DNA from: a virus
Taxonomy: Duplodnaviria > Heunggongvirae > Uroviricota > Caudoviricetes
DNA: 10,386 nt
Strand: one strand, 5' to 3'
IMG/VR virus record: IMGVR_UViG_2529292735_000026
Span: 1-10,386 of that record
Under the pieces are notes generated by a model, which did no database searches, was not told where the DNA came from, and worked only from the letters and a program-made list of their open reading frames with translations. Position numbers and translations under genes: made by a program. Of the stretch, positions 1-7,304 are shown one piece after another (positions within the stretch are counted from its first letter, which is position 1; each line of letters starts with the position of its first letter).

Positions 1-369
1 ATGAATGGAATGGTGGAGAAGAATGGCACGCTGTCGAAAAAATCCAGACTGGGCGAAGCGTTCAGCTATGTACTGAATCAGTGGGACGCCCTCTGTTATT
101 ACAGTGATGACGGTCTGGCGGAGGTGGACAATAACACAGCGGAAAGAGCGCTTCGTGCAGTCTGTCTCGGAAAGAAAAATTACGTGTTCTTCGGTAGCGA
201 TCACGGCGGCGAGCGTGGAGCACTGCTGTACGGGCTGATCGGCACCTGCCGACTGAACGGTATCGATCCGGAAGCGTATCTGCGCCATATTCTGAGCGTA
301 CTGCCGGAATGGCCCTCCAACCGTGTTGACGAACTCCTGCCATGGAACGTAGTACTCACCAATAAATAA
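1..369 (+). CDS. IS66-family transposase, C-terminal fragment (5' end lies outside the window)
   Basis: Translation (…KNYVFFGSDHGGERGALLYGLIGTCRLNGIDPEAYLRHILSVLPEWPSNRVDELLPW…) resembles the conserved C-terminal region of IS66-family TnpC transposases as I recall them; ORF runs to the window edge; stop TAA at 367-369. Confidence 0.8.
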   Translation: MNGMVEKNGTLSKKSRLGEAFSYVLNQWDALCYYSDDGLAEVDNNTAERALRAVCLGKKNYVFFGSDHGGERGALLYGLIGTCRLNGIDPEAYLRHILSVLPEWPSNRVDELLPWNVVLTNK

Positions 370-399
370 GCGTCAATACGGTGCTCCGTTGACGCTTAC
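1..399 (+). mobile_element. IS66-family insertion sequence, right end (partial) with terminal inverted repeat at about 370-399
   Basis: Immediately after the transposase stop, 370-399 (gcgtcaatacggtgctccgttgacgcttac) reads in reverse complement as GTAAGCGTCAACGG…, the GTAA-initiated terminus typical of IS66-family IRs; sequence beyond 399 resumes in-frame phage tail-fibre-assembly coding sequence. Confidence 0.7.
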
Positions 400-762
400 G
401 ATAATATCATCCGCTATGTGGAAAAGGATGTGACAGCTATCAGACCGGATGGATTAAGTGTTGTTGAAGTGGCGGATATTACTGCTAACCGACGGGCGGA
501 CATTTCAGGGAACTGGATGTTTAAGGATGGCACAGTGATCAAACGAATTTATACGGCAGAGGAATTGCAACTGCAGGCAGAAAACCGGAAAGCCAGACTT
601 CTTGCAGATGCTGAATCCGTGATTTTGCCGCTAGAGCGTGCTGTCAGGCTGAACATGGCAACAGAGGAGGAGCGCACACGGCTGGAGGCTTGGGAACGCT
701 ACAGCGTTGTGGTCAGTCGTGTGGATCCTGCAAATCCTGAATGGCCGGAAATGCCGCAATAA
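400..762 (+). pseudogene. Tail fibre assembly protein (P2 G-like), 3' remnant truncated by the IS66 insertion
   Basis: Frame is open from the IS junction with no ATG or RBS (only a GTG at 418); translation ends …[34 protein letters not shown], the conserved C-terminal region of phage Tfa proteins (P2 G, lambda Tfa, Mu U); about 120 codons where an intact G-like protein is about 175 aa. Confidence 0.7.
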
Positions 763-948
763 GTTGTATGAACTCTGGTGTGAGCTTACATATCTATGGC
801 ACAGAGTAAAGCCTAATCTGACAGTCCGCTCTGTGCCAGGAGCGGAAGTTGCCAAGAGAACTCTTGCAAAGGTATGATAACGTAGGTGCTAAATAATCAT
901 GAACCATAATAAATTAAAGGTTTTTAAGTTAACTCTATGGCGTTTCTT

Positions 949-978
949 TTGCATGATGATTTTTATTTATTATATAAA
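949..978 (+). promoter_or_regulatory. Putative sigma70-type promoter for the 447-aa cargo ORF (TTGCAT, 18-nt spacer, TATAAA)
   Basis: TTGCAT at 949-954 and TATAAA at 973-978 inside a very AT-rich stretch, about 65 nt upstream of ATG 1043; pattern match only. Confidence 0.35.
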
Positions 979-1042
979 GCTTAAATATACATAATATTTA
1001 GCTTCATTTTTTTAGGTATTTTAAAGATTTAGAGGAATGTGA

Positions 1043-2386
1043 ATGGCTACTTATGCTTCTTATTTACCAGAATCACAAATTATCACTTTGTGCAAGGATT
1101 TCCCAGCGTTTACTGATCCTGAAAAATTAGATGGATTCATTAATCCAGAACAGTTTGGCGTGTTTTTTCATGAGTGGATTCATTTTCTTCACAATATTTC
1201 CACAATTAATGGGTTTTCTATTTTTTGCACGCAAAACATCCTGTGGTCTAATTTTCGCTGGGCAATGGACAATCAGGATGTATGTCTTGGTTCAAATGAC
1301 ATGGATCCAGCACATATCGAATCAAACAAAAATTTTCTCAGTTACATTCGTTCCAATAGGAGTCTGCATAAATGTAACTTACCTTATTATGTAAAAGTAA
1401 ACGACTTGTATTTTGAGGATGCAATAATCCATGACATGGAGGTTGCTGACGGTAGTGTTATATGTACATCATTAATAAAGTGTAGAATTTCTCATTCTGA
1501 AAACAAATACGATCTAGATTTAGGCGTGCTTGAAATACTTGAATCCGCAGCTTTTATGCTTGAATGTAAGTGTATTAATGCGATGAATGGCTTCCCTCAA
1601 GAGGCACCCTTTTATCCGTATCATACTATCAAGGGCTTAGCAGCGAAAATTGCTCCGTCATTAAATGATGAAGATATTATTTGTTGTATGTTAGCTTCTT
1701 TGCAATCTAATAACCCTCCCCAAGTATTATTCAATCTACTACATAAATGTGAATTATTACATTCTGATTGTAGGTATGAACATCTAGTGGCGGAGGTGAA
1801 AAAACAATTAAGCGAACAAGATCAAATAATAAGCGAGTCACTTAATCAAATAATTCAAATGATTCCTGTTGATGAACCGATGGGAAACTTTATCAAGCTT
1901 ACTCTTAACAGAATAAGTAACAATTTGAACTATAGAAAGCAAAAACCGTTTTTTGAGTTAGATATAATAAAAAAAATAGCAGAAAAAACTGAGTTTATGA
2001 ATGAAGTAATACAGAAATTCGGTGGTTGCACTATCATCCAGGTAAGACATGGAGATGATAATGAACCACAGCGTGATATTATGTATGACTTTTGCTTACC
2101 TGAAAATAATGATTCAATTTTATTTGGTTCGAAAATGCTACGCGCTTGTTTTCACTTTATATTTATTCACTTTAAACTTTCTGGTGAAATCATGAAGACA
2201 GAAGAATTAAATATTTCGCCGCGTAATAAATGCCCATTTTATACTGTTTGCTGTGCATCAATTCGAGCTAATAATAGTAATATCTGCGCTGAATCCCCTT
2301 GGAAATCAATGTCTATTGATGACAACAAAGGTTGTTATTATGCAGCAGCGATTAAAGCTACTAACCCACCAGTTTTGCCGGATTAA
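1043..2386 (+). CDS. Hypothetical protein, 447 aa; AT-rich cargo gene in the G-FI (Z/fun-equivalent) slot; HExxH motif near the N-terminus, cysteine-rich; candidate phage-exclusion or defence protein
   Basis: Long uninterrupted ORF; RBS AGAGGAA at 1029-1035 about 7 nt before the ATG; sampled 60-nt stretches are about 23-37% G+C against about 60% in the adjacent sheath gene; followed by a hairpin and an intrinsic terminator; no competing ORF on either strand between 860 and 2640. Confidence 0.85.
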   Translation: MATYASYLPESQIITLCKDFPAFTDPEKLDGFINPEQFGVFFHEWIHFLHNISTINGFSIFCTQNILWSNFRWAMDNQDVCLGSNDMDPAHIESNKNFLSYIRSNRSLHKCNLPYYVKVNDLYFEDAIIHDMEVADGSVICTSLIKCRISHSENKYDLDLGVLEILESAAFMLECKCINAMNGFPQEAPFYPYHTIKGLAAKIAPSLNDEDIICCMLASLQSNNPPQVLFNLLHKCELLHSDCRYEHLVAEVKKQLSEQDQIISESLNQIIQMIPVDEPMGNFIKLTLNRISNNLNYRKQKPFFELDIIKKIAEKTEFMNEVIQKFGGCTIIQVRHGDDNEPQRDIMYDFCLPENNDSILFGSKMLRACFHFIFIHFKLSGEIMKTEELNISPRNKCPFYTVCCASIRANNSNICAESPWKSMSIDDNKGCYYAAAIKATNPPVLPD

Positions 2387-2520
2387 GAATAGTGTTCTAT
2401 CTGATAAATATAAAATATTTAAGGTCAGGTCTGCTTATCGCTCAAAGCAGACTGTCAGATTTGATAACGTTTGGGCTATGTAAACCGTCAGTTGGAAAAT
2501 GAGTGAGTGCAAGTCAGGAC

Positions 2521-2548
2521 AGGCGGGCGGATTGCCCGCCTTTTCTTT
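2521..2548 (+). terminator. Rho-independent terminator downstream of the cargo ORF
   Basis: Perfect 8-bp GC-rich stem aggcgggc (2521-2528) / gcccgcct (2534-2541), 5-nt loop, followed by TTTCTTT. Confidence 0.6.
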
Positions 2549-2549
2549 A

Positions 2550-2640
2550 TCTGTTGTTTCATCCACTGACCAGCCAGGTCAAATAGCGCCTCATGCTCTG
2601 CACAACAGAAAATAGTTGCACCCATTAACCACGGAGTTAA
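2550..2640 (+). promoter_or_regulatory. Putative Ogr-dependent late promoter (P_F equivalent) upstream of FI
   Basis: Positional analogy to P2 P_F. A TGT-N12-cCA element (2555-2572) is a one-mismatch match to the TGT-N12-ACA dyad I recall for P2 late promoters, centred about 80 nt upstream of the FI ATG; no convincing -10 hexamer identified. Confidence 0.3.
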
Positions 2641-2644
2641 ACGG

Positions 2645-3835
2645 ATGAGTGACTATCATCACGGCGTGCAGGTGCTGGAGATTAACGACGGCACACGCGT
2701 CATTTCCACCGTATCCACTGCCATTGTCGGCATGGTCTGCACGGCCAGCGATGCGGATGCGGAAACCTTCCCCCTCAATAAACCTGTGCTGATTACCAAT
2801 GTGCAGAGTGCAATTGCAAAGGCCGGTAAAAAAGGCACGCTGGCGGCATCGTTGCAGGCCATCGCTGACCAGTCAAAACCGGTCACCGTTGTCGTGCGCG
2901 TGGAAGACGGCACCGGTGATGACGAGGAAACGAAACTCGCGCAGACCGTTTCTAATATTATCGGCACCACTGACGAAAACGGTCAGTACACCGGACTGAA
3001 AGCCCTGCTGGCGGCGGAGTCGGTAACCGGTGTTAAACCGCGTATTCTTGGTGTGCCGGGGCTGGATACCAAAGAGGTGGCTGTTGCACTGGCATCAGTC
3101 TGTCAGAAGCTGCGCGCTTTCGGATATATCAGCGCATGGGGCTGTAAGACCATTTCCGAGGTGAAAGCCTACCGCCAGAATTTCAGCCAGCGTGAGCTGA
3201 TGGTCATCTGGCCGGATTTCCTCGCATGGGATACGGTCACCAGTACCACCGCCACCGCGCATGCCACCGCCCGTGCGCTGGGTCTGCGCGCTAAAATCGA
3301 CCAGGAGCAGGGCTGGCATAAAACGCTGTCCAACGTTGGGGTAAACGGTGTTACCGGCATCAGCGCATCTGTATTCTGGGATTTGCAGGAGTCCGGCACC
3401 GATGCTGACCTGCTTAACGAGTCAGGCGTCACTACGCTGATTCGCCGTGACGGTTTCCGCTTCTGGGGTAACCGTACCTGCTCTGATGACCCGCTGTTCC
3501 TCTTTGAAAACTACACCCGCACCGCGCAGGTGCTGGCCGACACGATGGCTGAGGCGCACATGTGGGCGGTGGACAAGCCCATCACCGCAACGCTGATTCG
3601 CGACATCGTTGACGGCATCAATGCCAAATTCCGTGAGCTGAAAACAAACGGCTATATCGTGGATGCGACCTGCTGGTTCAGCGAAGAATCCAACGATGCG
3701 GAAACCCTCAAGGCCGGAAAACTGTATATCGACTACGACTATACCCCGGTGCCTCCTCTCGAAAACCTGACCCTGCGCCAGCGTATTACTGATAAATACC
3801 TGGCAAGTCTGGTCACCTCGGTTAACAGCAATTAA
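2645..3835 (+). CDS. FI: Contractile tail sheath protein (P2 gpFI-like), 396 aa
   Basis: N-terminus MSDYHHGVQVLEINDGTRVI… and length match P2 FI as I recall it; high G+C; syntenic with the following tail genes. Confidence 0.93.
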   Translation: MSDYHHGVQVLEINDGTRVISTVSTAIVGMVCTASDADAETFPLNKPVLITNVQSAIAKAGKKGTLAASLQAIADQSKPVTVVVRVEDGTGDDEETKLAQTVSNIIGTTDENGQYTGLKALLAAESVTGVKPRILGVPGLDTKEVAVALASVCQKLRAFGYISAWGCKTISEVKAYRQNFSQRELMVIWPDFLAWDTVTSTTATAHATARALGLRAKIDQEQGWHKTLSNVGVNGVTGISASVFWDLQESGTDADLLNESGVTTLIRRDGFRFWGNRTCSDDPLFLFENYTRTAQVLADTMAEAHMWAVDKPITATLIRDIVDGINAKFRELKTNGYIVDATCWFSEESNDAETLKAGKLYIDYDYTPVPPLENLTLRQRITDKYLASLVTSVNSN

Positions 3836-3847
3836 GGAGCCTGACCG

Positions 3848-4366
3848 ATGGCAATGCCGCGCAAACTCAAGTTAATGAACGTCTTTCTGAACGGCTACAA
3901 CTATCAGGGCGTCGCGAAGTCCGTCACGCTGCCAAAACTGACCCGTAAGCTCGAAAACTATCGCGGTGCGGGGATGAACGGCAGCGCACCGGTAGACCTC
4001 GGCCTTGATGACGATGCGCTGTCAATGGAGTGGTCGCTCGGTGGCTTCCCGGATTCGGTTATCTGGGAGCTTTACGCCGCAACCGGTGTGGATGCCGTAC
4101 CGATTCGTTTTGCAGGCTCTTACCAGCGCGACGATACCGGCGAAACGGTGGCCGTCGAGGTGGTCATGCGTGGACGTCAGAAAGAAATCGACACCGGCGA
4201 GGGCAAACAGGGAGAAGACACCGAGTCGAAAATCTCCGTGGTCTGCACCTATTTCCGGCTGACGATGGACGGTAAGGAGCTGGTCGAAATCGACACCATC
4301 AACATGATTGAGAAGGTGAACGGCGTCGACCGGCTGGAGCAACACCGCCGCAATATCGGCCTGTGA
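3848..4366 (+). CDS. FII: Tail tube protein (P2 gpFII-like), 172 aa
   Basis: Sits immediately downstream of the sheath gene with RBS AAGGAG; size and position match P2 FII. Confidence 0.92.
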   Translation: MAMPRKLKLMNVFLNGYNYQGVAKSVTLPKLTRKLENYRGAGMNGSAPVDLGLDDDALSMEWSLGGFPDSVIWELYAATGVDAVPIRFAGSYQRDDTGETVAVEVVMRGRQKEIDTGEGKQGEDTESKISVVCTYFRLTMDGKELVEIDTINMIEKVNGVDRLEQHRRNIGL

Positions 4367-4422
4367 TTTTCATCCGGTCAGCCTGGCTGACCGGTTAACC
4401 CCGATTCAGAAGTGAGAAAACC

Positions 4423-4698
4423 ATGAACAAAGAAAACGTCATTACCCTGGACAATCCGGTCAAACGTGGTGAGCAGGTTATCGAACAGGTCACGCTGATG
4501 AAACCCAATGCCGGGACGCTACGCGGTGTCAGTCTGGCTGCAGTCGCGAACTCCGAAGTCGATGCACTGATTAAAGTGCTGCCGCGCATGACGGCACCGA
4601 TGCTGACCGAGCAGGAAGTCGCCGCGCTGGAACTGCCTGACCTTGTGGCGCTGGCCGGTAAGGTGGTCGGTTTTTTGTCGCCGAACTCGGTGCAGTGA
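4423..4698 (+). CDS. E: Tail assembly chaperone gpE (P2 E-like), 91 aa
   Basis: Short ORF between the tube and tape-measure genes, the conserved position of tail chaperone genes; contains the slippery heptamer T_TTT_TTG at 4671-4677 near its 3' end. Confidence 0.9.
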   Translation: MNKENVITLDNPVKRGEQVIEQVTLMKPNAGTLRGVSLAAVANSEVDALIKVLPRMTAPMLTEQEVAALELPDLVALAGKVVGFLSPNSVQ

Positions 4699-4850
4699 CG
4701 TTTCCGAAAAATCTCTCGGTCGATGACCTGATGGCGGATGTGGCAGTGATATTTCACTGGCCGCCATCAGAACTGTATCCCATGAGCCTGACCGAACTCA
4801 TCACATGGCGCGAAAAGGCGCTCCGGCGAAGCGGAAACACGAATGAGTAA
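4423..4850 (+). CDS. E': gpE+E' fusion made by programmed -1 ribosomal frameshift at 4671-4677 (about 142 aa)
   Basis: The -1 frame is open from the slippery site T_TTT_TTG to a TAA at 4848-4850, overlapping the T start codon at 4843; mirrors the E/E' arrangement described for P2 and the G/GT chaperone of lambda. Confidence 0.75.
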
Positions 4851-7290
4851 CAATGTAAAATTACAGGTATTGCTCAGGGCTGTTGACCAGGCATCCCGCC
4901 CGTTTAAATCCATCCGCACAGCGAGCAAGTCGCTGTCGGGGGATATCCGGGAAACACAAAAATCACTGCGCGAGCTGAACGGTCACGCATCCCGTATTGA
5001 GGGATTTCGCAAGACCAGTGCGCAGCTCGCCGTGACTGGTCATGCACTTGAAAAGGCACGGCAGGAAGCCGAAGCCCTTGCCACACAGTTTAAAAACACC
5101 GAACGTCCGACCCGTGCTCAGGCGAAAGTGCTGGAATCCGCAAAGCGAGCGGCGGAGGACTTACAGGCGAAATATAACCGCCTGACGGATTCCGTTAAAC
5201 GCCAGCAGCGGGAACTGGCCGCTGTGGGAATTAATACCCGCAATCTTGCACATGATGAGCAGGGACTGAAAAACCGTATCAGTGAAACCACCGCACAGCT
5301 TAACCGGCAGCGTGACGCGCTGGCGCGTGTCAGTGCGCAACAGGCAAAACTTAACGCAGTAAAACAGCGCTATCAGGCAGGAAAGGAGCTGGCCGGAAAT
5401 ATGGCCTCAGTGGGCGCTGCCGGTGTGGGGATTGCGGCGGCGGGAACGATGGCCGGTGTTAAGCTGCTGATGCCCGGTTATGAATTTGCGCAGAAAAACT
5501 CAGAATTACAGGCCGTGCTCGGTGTGGCAAAAGACTCCGCCGAAATGGCCGCGCTACGCAAGCAGGCGCGCCAGCTCGGCGACAATACCGCCGCCTCGGC
5601 GGATGATGCGGCCGGTGCACAGATAATCATCGCGAAAGCGGGTGGGGATGTTGATGCCATTCAGGCGGCAACGCCGGTCACGCTGAATATGGCGCTGGCG
5701 AACCGTCGCACGATGGAAGAAAACGCCGCCCTGCTGATGGGGATGAAATCTGCCTTTCAGCTTTCAAACGATAAGGTTGCTCATATCGGGGATGTTCTCT
5801 CCATGACGATGAACAAAACCGCCGCCGATTTTGACGGTATGAGCGATGCGCTGACCTATGCCGCACCTGTGGCAAAAAATGCCGGTGTCAGCATTGAAGA
5901 AACCGCCGCAATGGTCGGGGCGCTGCATGATGCAAAAATCACAGGCTCAATGGCGGGGACGGGAAGCCGTGCCGTGTTAAGCCGCCTGCAGGCACCGACG
6001 GGAAAAGCATGGGATGCACTCAAAGAGCTTGGCGTGAAAACCTCAGACAGCAAGGGAAACACCCGGCCAATATTTACCATTCTGAAAGAAATGCAGGCCA
6101 GTTTTGAGAAAAACCGGCTCGGTACTGCCCAGCAGGCTGAATACATGAAAACTATTTTCGGGGAGGAGGCCAGCTCAGCCGCCGCCGTGCTGATGACCGC
6201 CGCCTCAACCGGAAAGCTGGACAAACTGACCGCTGCGTTTAAAGCCTCAAACGGGAAGACTGCCGAGCTGGTAAATATCATGCAGGACAACCTCGGCGGT
6301 GACTTTAAGGAGTTTCAGTCCGCTTATGAGGCGGTGGGGACAGACCTGTTTGACCAGCAGGAAGGCGCACTGCGCAAGCTCACACAGACGGCCACAAAGT
6401 ATGTGTTAAAACTCGACGGCTGGATCCAGAAAAACAAATCACTGGCGTCAACCATTGGCATCATTGCCGGTGGCGCGCTGGCGCTTATTGGCATCATCGG
6501 TGCAATTGGTCTTGTAGCCTGGCCGGTTATCACTGGCATCAATGCTATCATCGCGGCAGCAGGCGCAATGGGGGCAATCTTCACGACGGTTGGCAGTGCT
6601 GTTATGACGGCCATCGGGGCGATTAGCTGGCCGGTTGTGGCCGTGGTGGCCGCCATTGTCGCCGGGGCGTTGCTTATCCGTAAATACTGGGAGCCTGTCA
6701 GCGCATTCTTTGGCGGTGTGGTGGAAGGGCTGAAAGCGGCATTTGCGCCGGTGGGGGAACTGTTCACGCCACTTAAGCCGCTGTTTGACTGGCTGGGTGA
6801 AAAGTTACAGGCCGCGTGGCAGTGGTTTAAAAACCTGATTGCCCCGGTTAAAGCCACCCAGGACACCCTGAACCGTTGCCGTGACACGGGCGTCATGTTC
6901 GGGCAGGCACTGGCTGACGCGCTGATGCTGCCGCTTAATGCGTTCAACAAACTGCGCGGCGGTATTGACTGGGTACTGGAAAAACTCGGCGTCATCAACA
7001 AAGAGTCAGGCACGCTTGACCAGACTGCCGCCAGAACTCATGCCGCCACGTATGGCACCGGTGGTTATATTCCGGCGACCAGCTCTTATGCTGGCTATCA
7101 GGCTTATCAGCCAGTTACGGCACCGGCTGGCCGCTCTTATGTGGACCAGAGTAAAAACGAATATCACATCAACCTGACGGGCGGTACTGCGCAGGGGACA
7201 CAGCTCGACCGCCAGTTACAGGATGCGCTCGAAAAATACGAGCGGGATAAACGTGCGCGCGCCCGTGCCAGCATGATGCATGACGGTTAA
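4843..7290 (+). CDS. T: Tail tape measure protein (P2 gpT-like), 815 aa
   Basis: Long ORF with a coiled-coil-like N-terminal part, a Gly/Ala-rich hydrophobic segment (…IGIIAGGALALIGIIGAIGLVAWPVITGINAIIAAAGAMGAIF…) and position after E/E'. Confidence 0.93.
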   Translation: MSNNVKLQVLLRAVDQASRPFKSIRTASKSLSGDIRETQKSLRELNGHASRIEGFRKTSAQLAVTGHALEKARQEAEALATQFKNTERPTRAQAKVLESAKRAAEDLQAKYNRLTDSVKRQQRELAAVGINTRNLAHDEQGLKNRISETTAQLNRQRDALARVSAQQAKLNAVKQRYQAGKELAGNMASVGAAGVGIAAAGTMAGVKLLMPGYEFAQKNSELQAVLGVAKDSAEMAALRKQARQLGDNTAASADDAAGAQIIIAKAGGDVDAIQAATPVTLNMALANRRTMEENAALLMGMKSAFQLSNDKVAHIGDVLSMTMNKTAADFDGMSDALTYAAPVAKNAGVSIEETAAMVGALHDAKITGSMAGTGSRAVLSRLQAPTGKAWDALKELGVKTSDSKGNTRPIFTILKEMQASFEKNRLGTAQQAEYMKTIFGEEASSAAAVLMTAASTGKLDKLTAAFKASNGKTAELVNIMQDNLGGDFKEFQSAYEAVGTDLFDQQEGALRKLTQTATKYVLKLDGWIQKNKSLASTIGIIAGGALALIGIIGAIGLVAWPVITGINAIIAAAGAMGAIFTTVGSAVMTAIGAISWPVVAVVAAIVAGALLIRKYWEPVSAFFGGVVEGLKAAFAPVGELFTPLKPLFDWLGEKLQAAWQWFKNLIAPVKATQDTLNRCRDTGVMFGQALADALMLPLNAFNKLRGGIDWVLEKLGVINKESGTLDQTAARTHAATYGTGGYIPATSSYAGYQAYQPVTAPAGRSYVDQSKNEYHINLTGGTAQGTQLDRQLQDALEKYERDKRARARASMMHDG

Positions 7291-7304
7291 GGAGGTGACG
7301 AAAA

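Noticed and set aside
418-762. Calling the 114-aa GTG-initiated ORF an intact tail-fibre-assembly gene
   Set aside because: The reading frame is open back to the IS junction at 400 with no RBS, and the translation corresponds only to the C-terminal part of G-like proteins; treated as a truncated remnant.
1131-1394. 87-aa + strand ORF overlapping the 5' part of the 447-aa cargo gene in another frame
   Set aside because: Fully embedded in the much longer ORF, no RBS, hydrophobic low-complexity translation typical of AT-rich off-frame reading.
1550-1580. Possible PD-(D/E)xK nuclease signature (D-L-D … E-C-K) in the cargo protein
   Set aside because: The spacing fits loosely, but the intervening residues (LEILESAAFM) look helical rather than beta-hairpin and the pattern is common by chance; not supportable without structure prediction.
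2253-2483. 76-aa + strand ORF overlapping the 3' end of the cargo gene and its 3' UTR
   Set aside because: Overlaps the better-supported ORF out of frame and runs through the hairpin of the 3' UTR; no RBS.
5856-7013. Long minus-strand ORFs (6324..7013, 229 aa; 5856..6290, 144 aa) antisense to the tape measure gene
   Set aside because: They lie wholly inside the high-GC, strongly supported T gene, have no RBS and Ala/Ser/Pro-rich low-complexity translations; typical antisense artefacts of GC-rich coding DNA.
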